Assembly: GCA_964448705.1 (NCBI GenBank)
Contig: CAYUZS010000002.1
Coordinates: forward strand, 49,577 to 113,576
Source: an uncultured Gammaproteobacteria bacterium
GTDB taxonomy: Bacteria; Patescibacteriota; Microgenomatia; UBA12405
Direction: 5' to 3'
Length of the DNA: 64,000 bases
How positions within the stretch are numbered: position 1 is the stretch's first letter; each line of letters begins with the position of its first letter. Made by a program: the position numbers and the translations under genes. Below are positions 28,109 to 38,661 of this stretch, one piece after another. A model generated the notes under the pieces. It had not been told where the DNA came from. It was given only the letters and a program-made list of their open reading frames with translations, and did not search any database.

Positions 28109-29267
28109 AATTTGTATAAACCTGTAATGTTTCCAGAGCAGCTTTTTGCCAAGAGAATTTTTGTGATTGCTGATAACCTTTGCTGATTAACTTGTGCCGT
28201 AAAACCGGAGAAGCAATGATTTTTTCCAAGGCCAGACTAAGATCGTTAATATTTGTCGGATCAACCAAAAGAGCGGCATTACCGGCAATTTCTTCGAGTG
28301 AAGAATTGCGGCTGGTGATAACCGGGGTGCCGACTTTCATCGATTTAACAATCGGAAGACCGAAACCTTCATAAAGAGAGGGATAGCATAAACAAAGAGC
28401 GCTGGCGTGGAGGGCGGCCATATCTTTTTCCGGAATGTACCCTAAAACTTTGATGGAGTTGTGGCTGCCGATGTCCAAATCATTCCCCCAACCGTATTTG
28501 CCGGAAATGGCCAATTCGATGGTTGATTTGGGATTTCTTTTTTTGTAGAGAATAAAGGCTTTAATCAAACGTTCCAAATTTTTTCGTGGTTCTCTCGTTC
28601 CCTGAGCCAAGATGAAATGTTTTAAACCGTACTGTTGAAAGATAAGAGTCTTTTTTTGTTTTTTCTCATTTTCGGAGAGCCGGTTAAATTCATCATATTT
28701 TTGTTCGGCGGCCTCGTAAATAACATGTACTTTATCTTTGGATATTTTGGGAAATAATTTCAGCAGATCACTTTTAGTGTTATGAGAAACGCAAATAAAA
28801 GCAGCACACTCTTTGATGGCTAAGTTAAATTTCCTTTTAAAAACAGCGATAGTTTTGGTGTGTTGGGTTTTTGGATAAAGAAAAGGGACAAAATCGTGAA
28901 TAGTGGTGATGGTTTTGGCGGCAATTGTCGGAGGTTGTGTCCAATCCCAAGTATGGAAAAGATTGCATTTTCCAATAAATAATTCTATAGGAAACCAATG
29001 AAGGCGGTTCCAAATAAACTCCATAAAGGTAGGAGGAAAATAGAAGCGATACAATTTTACATTCGGCCGGGCAATCAGTTTTTTAATTTCTTCGGGTATT
29101 GGTTGGCGGAGAGAAGAAAAGAATAATTTATAAGTATTATGCTTATCAATTTTTACCAAGTTACGGACAATATTAAGAGTGTAGTTGCTGACACCGGTAC
29201 CGTAGGGAACTGATGAGACGTCAATACCAATTATCCGAGCGGAATTTAAATTGGTTTTGGCTGCCAT
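28095..29267 (-). CDS. GT4 glycosyltransferase
   Basis: IGID..TGVSNY, GTREPRKN, PSLYEGFGLPIV. Confidence 0.88.
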   Translation of the reverse strand: MAAKTNLNSARIIGIDVSSVPYGTGVSNYTLNIVRNLVKIDKHNTYKLFFSSLRQPIPEEIKKLIARPNVKLYRFYFPPTFMEFIWNRLHWFPIELFIGKCNLFHTWDWTQPPTIAAKTITTIHDFVPFLYPKTQHTKTIAVFKRKFNLAIKECAAFICVSHNTKSDLLKLFPKISKDKVHVIYEAAEQKYDEFNRLSENEKKQKKTLIFQQYGLKHFILAQGTREPRKNLERLIKAFILYKKRNPKSTIELAISGKYGWGNDLDIGSHNSIKVLGYIPEKDMAALHASALCLCYPSLYEGFGLPIVKSMKVGTPVITSRNSSLEEIAGNAALLVDPTNINDLSLALEKIIASPVLRHKLISKGYQQSQKFSWQKAALETLQVYTNLLKN

Positions 29268-30079
29268 TAAATTGATTTTAGCAAAAATGATAGGTTTCTG
29301 AGACGTTCAATAAAAATTGCAGGAAAATGAAGAATAATTTCCGATAAGGTATAGTTTTTAAAAATAAAATAAAACCAGTTTTTAAAAGTTTGTTTTGCCC
29401 GGAAGCCTTTGATTTGATCGGCAGTAGCACCGCCCCGATGATAAGCAATTGCGGCAGGAACAAATAAAGTTTTGCAGCCATGATGATGGAGACGATAGGC
29501 CACATCGACATCCTCTAAATAAGCAAAATATTTTTCATCAAAAAGACCAATCTTTAAAATCAAATCTTTTTGGTAGACAACCACAGCGGCACTGGAACCC
29601 CAGACCGGATAAGGTTTAAGGTTTGATATTGATTTTTGAGGAAAACGGGAGGAATGATTTAATTGAAGACATTTACCGGAATATTTAAATTCGATTCCCT
29701 GAGATTCGATCCGAAGACCGTGACGGTCGAGAACTGTTCCGCAAAAACAAGCGTATTCCGAATGTTTTTTTATTTCTTTGGAAATAAAATCAAACCAATC
29801 GGTTTTCAGAATAATATCGTTGTTTAAAAGACAAACATAATGGTTGGAAGCGGCGACAATCCCCTGGTTAACCGCGTAAGCAAAACCTAAATTAGTTTGA
29901 TTACGGATTAAAATCAAATTAGGAATTTTTAAGCCGGATAGGATATTTAAGGACTGATCGGTGGAGCCGTTGTCGATGAAAATTATTTCGGTGTTAAGAG
30001 GAAAGACATTTTTTAAATTGTCAAAGAGACTTGGCAAAAGAGAAGCACCATTAAAATTGGGAATGATTACAGAGATCAT
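29267..30079 (-). CDS. GT2 glycosyltransferase
   Basis: MISVIIPNFNG, IDNGSTD, NLGFAYAVNQG, LLNND, FDEKYFAYLEDVD. Confidence 0.88.
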   Translation of the reverse strand: MISVIIPNFNGASLLPSLFDNLKNVFPLNTEIIFIDNGSTDQSLNILSGLKIPNLILIRNQTNLGFAYAVNQGIVAASNHYVCLLNNDIILKTDWFDFISKEIKKHSEYACFCGTVLDRHGLRIESQGIEFKYSGKCLQLNHSSRFPQKSISNLKPYPVWGSSAAVVVYQKDLILKIGLFDEKYFAYLEDVDVAYRLHHHGCKTLFVPAAIAYHRGGATADQIKGFRAKQTFKNWFYFIFKNYTLSEIILHFPAIFIERLRNLSFLLKSI

Positions 30080-30086
30080 GAAAGGT

Positions 30087-30545
30087 TTATAAACTAGGAA
30101 GCCGAAGATAATCACCGACTTTTAATGATAATTTGTCGGTATCACCGGCATTTATTTCTATCACATATCTGACCGGAGAGAGGCTTTTATATAACTTAAG
30201 ATTGAGGTCAGTGGTGTTTGGTTCCGGCTGGGCGGTAAGAATATTGTCGATTCTTCCGTCTTTATCAACAAAAATCATATCTAAGGGAATGAGAGTGTTT
30301 TTCATCCAAAAAGTTTGAACAATATCGTAATTAAAAACAAAAATCATGCCGCAAGTAGGACATAAAGAGGAACGATTCATTAACCCCTGGGCGTGATGGG
30401 AGACGGTTTTGGCAACTTCCAAAGTATATTCTTTTGAATTTAGCGAAATTTTAACCTGGTTTAAAGGCGGTTTAAAAATAAAAAATTTATAAAATAAAAT
30501 CCCAAGAATAATTATCAGGATAAGGATGAAGATATTTTTTGCCAT
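30087..30545 (-). CDS. DUF192-family protein
   Basis: EVA....GLMNR...GMIFVF...FWMKNTLIPLDMIF...YVIEINAG. Confidence 0.88.
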   Translation of the reverse strand: MAKNIFILILIIILGILFYKFFIFKPPLNQVKISLNSKEYTLEVAKTVSHHAQGLMNRSSLCPTCGMIFVFNYDIVQTFWMKNTLIPLDMIFVDKDGRIDNILTAQPEPNTTDLNLKLYKSLSPVRYVIEINAGDTDKLSLKVGDYLRLPSL

Positions 30546-31684
30546 ATTCGTTTTGATATTTTGTCCCAAGTTAAATTCTGACTGACATAATGATAACCTT
30601 TTTGAGCAAGTTTTTTTGAAAAATCAGGGCGACTTAGGAGCGAGTCGAGCTGAGCAGCTAAATCAGAAAGATTGTCGGTCTTAAAAAGCAGACCTCCCCG
30701 AAGAGTGTTGATAACTTCTGAAGTTTGGGGTGTATCGGCACCGATGATTGGCTTACCTCTGGCCAAACTCTCAACAAAAACCAAACCAAAGCTTTCATGG
30801 ATGGAAGGCAGACAAAGAACAGTGGAACGGTCGATGGCTTTTTTAATTTGGGAAAGAGTCGGAGTAAAGACGATTTTAATCGGATACGGTGAAGAATTAA
30901 TTTTACGAAGGATATTCGGCCAATAGAGAGTTTTTTGGCCGAGAAGGGTTAAAGTTAACTGAGGATATTTGGAACGAAGTTGGAAGTAGGCTGACAAAAG
31001 CAGTTCAAGTCTTTTATGAGCGGAAAAATTGGCGATAAACAAAATGTTGGGGTGCGGTGGGAAAACAATTTTATCGGCAGGAATAATAAATTCCGGATCG
31101 ACTCCAAGCGATTGAACCATGATGGGACAGGTGACAAAACGGGATAGCAGTTTTTTTTCGGCATGGGTAAAAGCGACGATAAAATCCGAATGACGGAGAG
31201 ATGAGCGTAAGAGAGGTTGATTAAAATCGGAATCCTGAGGGTGATAGCAGGGAATGGTGATTAGTTTAGAACTATGGTGCGTTAGAACTTTAGTTAAGAA
31301 AGATATTATGCGGCTGTAGATAATAATAGTGGTGGGAAGAGGACCGGCGATAATATAATCCGGACGAAAACGTAAAATAGTAAAGATGGGTAAATAAGAA
31401 AAGAGAGGACCTTTGGAAAATATTTTTAGAGTGGGAAAAAGTCGACCTAAAAATTTTAGAGGCCGATGAAAAATAGTGATAACCGGTAAACGAATGATTC
31501 CCGGTGTCGAGGATAAATGTGAATGGCGGGAAGAAACAAAATCATCGGAAGAATAGCAATCGGAAGTAACGACTAAAATTTCATGACCTTGTTTGTGGAG
31601 GTACTCCCCTATTTTGGCGACTACTTTTGAACCACCATCTGTGGCCGGAGGATAAATGTGGGTAATTAATAAAAACTTGGCCAT
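30515..31684 (-). CDS. GT4 glycosyltransferase
   Basis: YPPATDGG, HKR, LPSIHESFGLVFVESLARGKPII. Confidence 0.85.
   Translation of the reverse strand: MAKFLLITHIYPPATDGGSKVVAKIGEYLHKQGHEILVVTSDCYSSDDFVSSRHSHLSSTPGIIRLPVITIFHRPLKFLGRLFPTLKIFSKGPLFSYLPIFTILRFRPDYIIAGPLPTTIIIYSRIISFLTKVLTHHSSKLITIPCYHPQDSDFNQPLLRSSLRHSDFIVAFTHAEKKLLSRFVTCPIMVQSLGVDPEFIIPADKIVFPPHPNILFIANFSAHKRLELLLSAYFQLRSKYPQLTLTLLGQKTLYWPNILRKINSSPYPIKIVFTPTLSQIKKAIDRSTVLCLPSIHESFGLVFVESLARGKPIIGADTPQTSEVINTLRGGLLFKTDNLSDLAAQLDSLLSRPDFSKKLAQKGYHYVSQNLTWDKISKRIWQKISSSLS
31264..31295. repeat. Short degenerate copy of the 8-bp repeat tract (4 units) inside a GT4 gene
   Basis: gtttagaa ctatggtg cgttagaa ctttagtt; encodes TKVLTHHSSK, similar to KVLKDHSSK at 27.3 kb. 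Confidence 0.6.
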
Positions 31685-31709
31685 TTGGTATAGTATATTT
31701 CATACTACT

Positions 31710-32633
31710 ATGAATAGGTTGAAAAAGATTTTTGGCTCGAAGATTTTCCAAATGACGTTTTCGATTCTACTGATTTTTATTGCTTTCAGAAGAGTAAATA
31801 TTACCCGATTAATAGGAGAAGTTCAGCAAGTGCCAATATGGGTGATAGCAGTTTTGTTGGTATACATGGGAATTTCTATGTTTCTGGGTGGAATACGATG
31901 GGCAACTTTGGTTTTGGGTAAGGTCGGGGTGAAGGATGTTTTGGCATTTACAAAAGCGACTTATGCCGGTGGTTTTTATTCTTTATTTTTTCCCAGTTCG
32001 GTCGGAGGAGACTTGATTAAATGGACAACATTGTTAAAGCAATATCCGGACATTTCTAAATTAAAATTGGCCGGAACGGCGTTGATAGACAGGGTGATTG
32101 GTTTCAGCGCTTTTTCGGTGGCGGCAATGGCGGCATTAATTGCCGGTAAAATTTTTAAATATCAATTTCCGGATATGTTGTTTTGGTTGTTTTTGGGAAT
32201 AAATGTAGGAATGATATTCTTTTATGTTTTGGTTTTTAGTTTAGATTTTGAAAAAATATTGGGAAGAGTTAAGTTTCTGCACCGATTATTAGAAATAGTA
32301 GATTTACTGAAAAACAGCAATAAGAAAAGAATAATTATCTGTTTTTTGATTTCGTTAGTGTCGGAACCGGTGTGGATGTTGATGACTTGGTTTAGTTCTT
32401 TAACTTTTAAAGCAGAGATCAGTTTGCTGCAGGTGTTTATATTTATGCCGATAATATCGTTGATATTAGTGTTGCCGATTTCTTGGGCAGGTTTCGGAGC
32501 CAGGGAAAATTTGTTTTTAGTCTTTTTCGGACAGCTTGGTTTTCCGCCGGAAAAATTATTGTTGGTGTCAGCGTTTACCGGGATAATCGGGGTGCTCAAT
32601 GCCCTTTTAGGCGGATTGATTATACTGTTTTAA
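31710..32633 (+). CDS. LPG-synthase-TM/AglD-like (UPF0104) putative flippase
   Basis: RW, FPSSVGGDLIK, DRVIG, LPISWAGFGARE; about 8 TM segments. Confidence 0.8.
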   Translation: MNRLKKIFGSKIFQMTFSILLIFIAFRRVNITRLIGEVQQVPIWVIAVLLVYMGISMFLGGIRWATLVLGKVGVKDVLAFTKATYAGGFYSLFFPSSVGGDLIKWTTLLKQYPDISKLKLAGTALIDRVIGFSAFSVAAMAALIAGKIFKYQFPDMLFWLFLGINVGMIFFYVLVFSLDFEKILGRVKFLHRLLEIVDLLKNSNKKRIIICFLISLVSEPVWMLMTWFSSLTFKAEISLLQVFIFMPIISLILVLPISWAGFGARENLFLVFFGQLGFPPEKLLLVSAFTGIIGVLNALLGGLIILF

Positions 32634-32815
32634 TTTTCTTTTGGTCTGGATAAAGGTATTTTAGCTAATTCGGACTGTTTTTTCCATTCGCCGTAGAGAA
32701 TGGGTGTTGGTTCAGGAATGGTTTGCCGACAAAAAGGACATTGGTTGGTGGCGCCGAGAATCTCTCCGTATTTATGACATATAGGGCATTGGAATTCATG
32801 GTAGTTTGCGTTCAT
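32630..32815 (-). CDS. Small zinc-ribbon hypothetical protein
   Basis: CPIC...CPFC in 61 aa; TGGTAAAAT 7 nt upstream of the ATG. Confidence 0.5.
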   Translation of the reverse strand: MNANYHEFQCPICHKYGEILGATNQCPFCRQTIPEPTPILYGEWKKQSELAKIPLSRPKEN

Positions 32816-32871
32816 AATGTGAATTTTACCAGATTGGTTTATTTGAATAAAGGGTTTGCTATACTGAAATT

Positions 32872-33840
32872 ATGATTTTGATTGTCGGCGGCGCCGGATA
32901 TATCGGCAGCCATGTGAATAAATATTTGAACCAAAAAGGATATAAAACAATTGTTTTTGACAATTTAAGCAAAGGCCATAGGGAAGCGGTTAAATGGGGA
33001 AAGTTTGTTGAAGGAGATTTAGGAAATATAGATGAGATAAGAAATGTTTTCAAAAAATATAAAATCGAAGTAGTGTTGAATTTTGCCGCCTTTATTGAAG
33101 TCGGTGAATCGGTTAAAGATCCGGAAAAATATTATTTTAATAATGTAGCTAATACTTTAAACCTATTAAAAGTAATGAGAGAGTTTGAAGTAAATAAAAT
33201 AATTTTCTCCTCAACAGCGGCAACTTTCGGGGAACCGAAGTATACGCCGATAGATGAAAAACATCCGCAGGATCCGATTAATCCCTATGGTCAAACAAAA
33301 CTGACAACTGAAAAAATATTTAAGGATTACGATAAGGCCTATGGATTAAAGTTTGTGGTGTTCAGATATTTCAACGCTGCCGGGGCCGATCCGGAAGGTG
33401 AAATTGGTGAATGGCATGAACCGGAAAGTCATTTAATTCCTCTGGTTTTTCAGGCAGCAAACGGAAAGAGAGCGGAGATAAAAGTTTTTGGAAATGATTA
33501 CCCTACCCCGGACGGGACATGTGTCAGAGATTATGTTCATGTTAACGACTTGGCACAGGCACATTGGTTAGGGTTGGAAAAACTTTTAAAAGGCGGCGAA
33601 AGCGGTTTTTATAATTTGGGTAACGGTAAGGGATTTTCGGTGAATGAAGTTATTGAAGCGGTTAAGAAAGTAACGCAAAAAGAGTTTACAGTGACCATAG
33701 ATGCCAGAAGAGAAGGAGATCCTCCAATTTTGATTGCGGCTAGTGAGAAGGCTAAAAAAGAATTAAATTGGCAGCCGGAATATGAAGATTTGGAAAAAAT
33801 CGTACAGACCGCTTGGAATTGGGAGGAGAAAAAGGGATAA
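32872..33840 (+). CDS. galE: UDP-glucose 4-epimerase
   Basis: GGAGYIGSH, VGESV, FSSTAA, PYGQTK, FRYFNAAGA, DGTCVRDYVHV. Confidence 0.95.
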   Translation: MILIVGGAGYIGSHVNKYLNQKGYKTIVFDNLSKGHREAVKWGKFVEGDLGNIDEIRNVFKKYKIEVVLNFAAFIEVGESVKDPEKYYFNNVANTLNLLKVMREFEVNKIIFSSTAATFGEPKYTPIDEKHPQDPINPYGQTKLTTEKIFKDYDKAYGLKFVVFRYFNAAGADPEGEIGEWHEPESHLIPLVFQAANGKRAEIKVFGNDYPTPDGTCVRDYVHVNDLAQAHWLGLEKLLKGGESGFYNLGNGKGFSVNEVIEAVKKVTQKEFTVTIDARREGDPPILIAASEKAKKELNWQPEYEDLEKIVQTAWNWEEKKG

Positions 33841-33846
33841 TCTGGA

Positions 33847-35448
33847 ATGAGTGTTACGATAGCAAAACTAATTAATTTTGTTCAAAGTAAATTGTTTTTT
33901 AGGTTGGGAATTGCTTTGGTAATTTTAATTTTTTTACTTTTGTCGTTAAAAAATCCTTTTTCTGACAGGTCAGTTATTTCAAATCTTGAACCATACCCGG
34001 ATACTTTGTTGTATTCTTTGCCTGTATGGAACTGGCTAAATGGTGATGGTTTGGTAATTAGGTCATTTGGTTTGGAGATCAAAAATGTGATTCCATTAAC
34101 ATATGGTTTTATGCTAATGCCATTTATGTGGTTGTTTAAAGACATTAGGGCCTTTTATTTCGGTAATGAATTGATGATGTTAGCGTCTGTTTTGCTTGTG
34201 ATTTTTACTATAAAAAGAATAGGTAAAGATTTTAAATGGGTTAATGTAGTGTCTTTATTTTGTGGATTTCTACTGGCAACAAATTTTTATATTTATACTC
34301 AGCCTCAATTAATGATGGCTGAAAATGTAAATATTTTAATGATCAGTCTGTTTTTTTACTTGTTATGTTTTAAGATTGATTATAAAACGGGGACTATATT
34401 TGGAATAATCCTGATGCTAACAGGATCAATAAAGACTACAAATATTCCAATTGCGGGAATGATGTTGGGTTGGTGGTTGATGAAATTAATAATTGAAAAT
34501 ATATGGCCAAAAAAACAATTAAGAAAATATGTAGTGGTGGTTTTTTTGATGGGGTTATCACTTTTGTCTTGGTACATTTTACCCAGATTCCCTGGTTTAA
34601 ATGGAGAATCGTTTAATTGGAAGTATCTTGGTCCAAATTTTGATTTTTATCTTAAAGTGATTACTGGGGGCGATAATCGATATTTGTGGTACTATCAACC
34701 GTTGTTTACGAGAGATATATTTGTTTTGGCAACCATGGGAATAATTTATGGCTTTTTCAAGAAAAGATATAGAATGTTTACTTTTTCTGGTTTGTCGATA
34801 ATATTGATTTTTATGTTGGCTATGTCTCTATTTAGGGACACAGAAGGTAGATATATGGCGATATTTTTGCCAATTATAATGGTGCTTGCTGCTTTTGGAA
34901 TGGAAATGATATTGGTAAAAGTAAGAAACGATTTTATAGCGATGCTATTGATTGGTCTGCTTTTAACGATAAATATGATACAAACCTTCCCAGAACAAGA
35001 CAAAAAGTTGCTTAAGATTATCTCCATAAAAAGGCAAATTGTAATGAATATTAAATATCGGGAAGATCCATGGAATTATATAGCACTTGAGTATATGAAT
35101 AATTATTTTAATAATATCGGCGCTGGCGATGATGTGTATTTGGGAACATTACTGCCACCTTTTTATGTAGATTTGTTCAGTAATAAAAGGTATCAGTATT
35201 TGCCAATCACAAAAAGACAGGAGTTTCCTGACTTATGGTATAAGGTGTACAACCAAGGAGATATGGAAAGATATTATGAAACTCTGCTTACATCAGGAAA
35301 AAGAATTTATGTGACGGATTATTATATAAATGCAAATCAAAAATGGAAGGAAGATTATATTACGTTACTATCGAAATTTGAAACGAATTTAGTTTGGCAA
35401 AGCCCTTTGGATAACGCAAATATTTATGAATTACGATTGAAAAAATGA
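33847..35448 (+). CDS. Polytopic membrane protein, probable GT-C glycosyltransferase
   Basis: N-terminal TM followed by EPYPD, about 11 TM segments, RY motif, soluble C-terminal domain. Confidence 0.55.
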   Translation: MSVTIAKLINFVQSKLFFRLGIALVILIFLLLSLKNPFSDRSVISNLEPYPDTLLYSLPVWNWLNGDGLVIRSFGLEIKNVIPLTYGFMLMPFMWLFKDIRAFYFGNELMMLASVLLVIFTIKRIGKDFKWVNVVSLFCGFLLATNFYIYTQPQLMMAENVNILMISLFFYLLCFKIDYKTGTIFGIILMLTGSIKTTNIPIAGMMLGWWLMKLIIENIWPKKQLRKYVVVVFLMGLSLLSWYILPRFPGLNGESFNWKYLGPNFDFYLKVITGGDNRYLWYYQPLFTRDIFVLATMGIIYGFFKKRYRMFTFSGLSIILIFMLAMSLFRDTEGRYMAIFLPIIMVLAAFGMEMILVKVRNDFIAMLLIGLLLTINMIQTFPEQDKKLLKIISIKRQIVMNIKYREDPWNYIALEYMNNYFNNIGAGDDVYLGTLLPPFYVDLFSNKRYQYLPITKRQEFPDLWYKVYNQGDMERYYETLLTSGKRIYVTDYYINANQKWKEDYITLLSKFETNLVWQSPLDNANIYELRLKK

Positions 35449-36116
35449 AAACTGTAATAATAGTACCAGTATTTAATGAGAGTGGGAGGGCAGTCAAGAC
35501 GATTGATGAAATATTGAAGTTTAGTAAAAAAAATATAGTGGTAGTGGATGACGGTTCAAATGATGATTCCTATGAGATTTTACATAAAAACTTTTCAAAA
35601 AATAAGCGATTGGTTTTACTCCGACACGTGATAAATTTGGGGAAAGGTGCAGCGATGAAAACTGGAGTTATTATGGCCTGGAGGTTAGGAGCAAAGGCGG
35701 TTGTTTTTATAGACGCTGATGGTCAACATGATGTTAAAAAACTTCCCGAATTTGAGAAGTTGTTGGAGACTAATGATTTAGTATTTGGATATAGAAATCT
35801 AGGGATAGAGATGCCGATCATTCGAAGGTGGGGAAACTTATTTTCGATTAATTTAATGAAATCGATGTTTAATATTAAGAGAGCAGATTTGTTGTGTGGT
35901 TATTTTGGGTTTCGAAAATCAGTTTATAAAAAGATTAAATGGAGTGAGTCCAGATACGGGGTTGAAACAGAGATTGCGGCGAAAGTGGGAAAGAATCACC
36001 TTCCGTTTAAGGAGGTCAAAATTGATACAATTTACATTGACAAGTACAAAGGGGTAACAATTTTTGATGCTTTTAAAATATTGGTTAAGCTACCCTACTG
36101 GTACTTCAAAAAATGA
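35445..36116 (+). CDS. GT2 polyprenol-phosphate glycosyltransferase (DPM1-like)
   Basis: IIVPVFNE, VVDDGSND, NLGKGAA, DADGQH. Confidence 0.85.
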   Translation: MKTVIIVPVFNESGRAVKTIDEILKFSKKNIVVVDDGSNDDSYEILHKNFSKNKRLVLLRHVINLGKGAAMKTGVIMAWRLGAKAVVFIDADGQHDVKKLPEFEKLLETNDLVFGYRNLGIEMPIIRRWGNLFSINLMKSMFNIKRADLLCGYFGFRKSVYKKIKWSESRYGVETEIAAKVGKNHLPFKEVKIDTIYIDKYKGVTIFDAFKILVKLPYWYFKK

Positions 36117-36445
36117 ATATCGTAGGAGTGCAACTAATAGTTTCCGCTTTTGGTTTTTTAATGCTATACAATTTGTTTTTGCAATGGAAAAAGAAAAATA
36201 TCGGATCAAATGGAGCGTTGGTGTGGTTGTTGATGTGGGGTGGATTAATTTGGATAACTTTATTTCCAAGTTCAATAGAACCTTTAATTAAGCAATTATT
36301 TTTTGTTAGGGTTTTTGATTTTGTGGCAGTGGGAGCATTAGTGGTACTAACTTATGTGATGTTTGAGAATCATATTCGGATTAATAAGATGCAACAACAG
36401 TTAGAGAAATTAGTAAGGAGTATTGCTGTTAAAAAGAAGAAATAG
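36113..36445 (+). CDS. DUF2304-like small membrane protein
   Basis: 110 aa, 3 TM segments, ends LEKLVRSIA; typical partner of DPM1-like enzymes. Confidence 0.7.
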   Translation: MNIVGVQLIVSAFGFLMLYNLFLQWKKKNIGSNGALVWLLMWGGLIWITLFPSSIEPLIKQLFFVRVFDFVAVGALVVLTYVMFENHIRINKMQQQLEKLVRSIAVKKKK

Positions 36446-36446
36446 A

Positions 36447-37559
36447 ATGAAAATAGTTTTTTTTTCACCTTATTTTTATCCTCACTTGGGTGGCTTAGAG
36501 AACTATGTTATGGATTTTTCTGAAGAGTTGGTGAACAGTGGTCATAAAGTGACAGTGATAACTGCAAATATTCCCAAATCAAAGAAATATGAACTCAAGA
36601 ATGGAGTGAAGGTATTGAGGTTTCCAGCAGTTGAACTTGTTAGTAACTATCCCGTGCCAAATATTTTTAACAAAGATTTTTGGAATATTATTGGAAAAAT
36701 TAAAGAGGAAAAACCCGAGGCAGTATTTTCGAATACAAGATTCTTTTTAACTTCACTACTAGCACTGATGATTGCCAGAAGTATAAAAGTTAAATATTTT
36801 CATATTGAACATGGTGCAACTTTTGTTAAGTCCGGAGGGAAGATGGTTAGGTTTGTGTCATGGCTGGTTGACCAGACATTAGGAAGAGCGGTATTTAGTC
36901 TAAGTGATGGTAATATTGCTGTATCAAAAAAAGTAGTTGAGTTTGTAAATAAATTTGATAAAAGAAAAGTTGAGATAATATATAGAGGTATTGATGAAAA
37001 ATTACTTAAAGGGAAAAGAAACGTTAAGAAGAAGGATGAGAAAATTAAACTGCTCTATGTTGGGAGATTAATAAACGGAAAGGGAATTCTTGATCTAGTA
37101 AAAGCATTAAGTAATATTGATGAGAAATATGTATGTGAGATTGTTGGTCAAGGACCGCAGAAAAGAGAAATTGAAGATTTGGTAGTAAGTTTAAATTTGG
37201 GTGAAAAAATTAAATTATTGGGACAGTTGTCCCACAAGGAAGTTATAGAAAAAATGTGGGATGTTGATATCTTTGTGAATCCGAGCTATACAGAGGGCTT
37301 ACCAACAACACTTATTGAGTCAGTATATTGTGGATGTTATGTGATTGCTACTGACGTTGGTGGTACTAAAGAAGTGTTGGAATATTACAAAAGAAGTGAA
37401 TTGGTTGAGGCAAAAAATGTTGTGATGTTAACGGAGGCGATTGAGAAAGCGATAACGGCAGTGAAAAGCAGAAGTGTATTCAAAAGTGGGAAGGATGCTT
37501 TGAATAAATTTTCATGGACGAAAGGAATAGTTAAATTGGAGAAACTGTCAAATGGTTAG
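36447..37559 (+). CDS. GT4 glycosyltransferase
   Basis: FYPHLGGLE, VGRL..KG, PSYTEGLPTTLIE. Confidence 0.88.
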   Translation: MKIVFFSPYFYPHLGGLENYVMDFSEELVNSGHKVTVITANIPKSKKYELKNGVKVLRFPAVELVSNYPVPNIFNKDFWNIIGKIKEEKPEAVFSNTRFFLTSLLALMIARSIKVKYFHIEHGATFVKSGGKMVRFVSWLVDQTLGRAVFSLSDGNIAVSKKVVEFVNKFDKRKVEIIYRGIDEKLLKGKRNVKKKDEKIKLLYVGRLINGKGILDLVKALSNIDEKYVCEIVGQGPQKREIEDLVVSLNLGEKIKLLGQLSHKEVIEKMWDVDIFVNPSYTEGLPTTLIESVYCGCYVIATDVGGTKEVLEYYKRSELVEAKNVVMLTEAIEKAITAVKSRSVFKSGKDALNKFSWTKGIVKLEKLSNG

Positions 37560-38652
37560 AAAGAAGGTTTTGCATTTAATAACCGGTCTTGGAATTGGTG
37601 GAGCTGAGAATATGTTGCTAAAGTCTCTACCTATTCTAGAAAAAGATTTTGAGAACAGGGTTTGTTCGATAATGGGAAGCAAAGAAGTTGGCTTTATATT
37701 AGAGGAGAAAGGTATAAAGGTTTATTATCTAGAATTTAAAGGATGGTGGGATATATTTGGACTTATATATCGTCTTTGGAAAGTGATTGACGATTTCAGA
37801 CCAAACTTGATGGTGACATATTTAATTCATGCAGACATTTTCGGAAGGATATTTGGAAAATTGTTTGGTGTTAAGAAAATTATTTGTTCCCAGAGAGGGA
37901 GTTTGCTTAACTGGGAATGGTTAAGGATAGTAGATAGGTTTACCAGCTTTTTAGTTGATAAGTATATTGTTCAAACGAATGTTGCAAAAAGAGAATTGGT
38001 TTTTAAATTAAAAGAAGACTCAAATAAGTTTGTGGTGGTTCCTAATGGGATTGATCTATCAGATTATAATTTTGATATTAACAAGAATAAAAAGGTTCAA
38101 GAGCTCGGAATATTTAAAGATAATTTAAATATTGTTTGTGTAAGTAATTTGAGAATTAGGAAAGGTCACGAGTATTTACTAGAGGCGTTTGACTTGCTGT
38201 ATAGAGAGACTAAAAAAATTAACTTATTAATCGTGGGAGATGGAGATCAGAAAGAAAAACTTTTGGAGCAATGTAAGGATTACAAATCGAGAAAGAATAT
38301 ATTCTTTTTAGGAAAAAGAAAAGATATAAGAGAAATATTAGCGATTTGCAACATATTTGTTTTGGCTACTGAAACTGAAGGTATGAGTAATGCAATAATG
38401 GAGGCAATGGCGAGTAAGTTGACTATAGTCACTACAGACATTGAAGTGAATAAGGAACTATTGGAAAATAAAAAAGAGGCATTATTGATATCTCCAAAGA
38501 ATGTGACAGCTTTGAAAAAAGCTGTTGAATTTTTACTAAACCATAGATCAGTATCTACAGAATTGAGTAAAAATGCATATCTTAAAGTTGAGAGGAAGTA
38601 TACAATTAATAGAATAGCTGAGCGTTTAATGAAAATTTATGCGGAAATATAA
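37552..38652 (+). CDS. GT4 glycosyltransferase
   Basis: LITGLGIGGAE, PNGID, KGH, EGMSNAIMEAMA. Confidence 0.88.
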   Translation: MVRKKVLHLITGLGIGGAENMLLKSLPILEKDFENRVCSIMGSKEVGFILEEKGIKVYYLEFKGWWDIFGLIYRLWKVIDDFRPNLMVTYLIHADIFGRIFGKLFGVKKIICSQRGSLLNWEWLRIVDRFTSFLVDKYIVQTNVAKRELVFKLKEDSNKFVVVPNGIDLSDYNFDINKNKKVQELGIFKDNLNIVCVSNLRIRKGHEYLLEAFDLLYRETKKINLLIVGDGDQKEKLLEQCKDYKSRKNIFFLGKRKDIREILAICNIFVLATETEGMSNAIMEAMASKLTIVTTDIEVNKELLENKKEALLISPKNVTALKKAVEFLLNHRSVSTELSKNAYLKVERKYTINRIAERLMKIYAEI

Positions 38653-38661
38653 TAACTAATT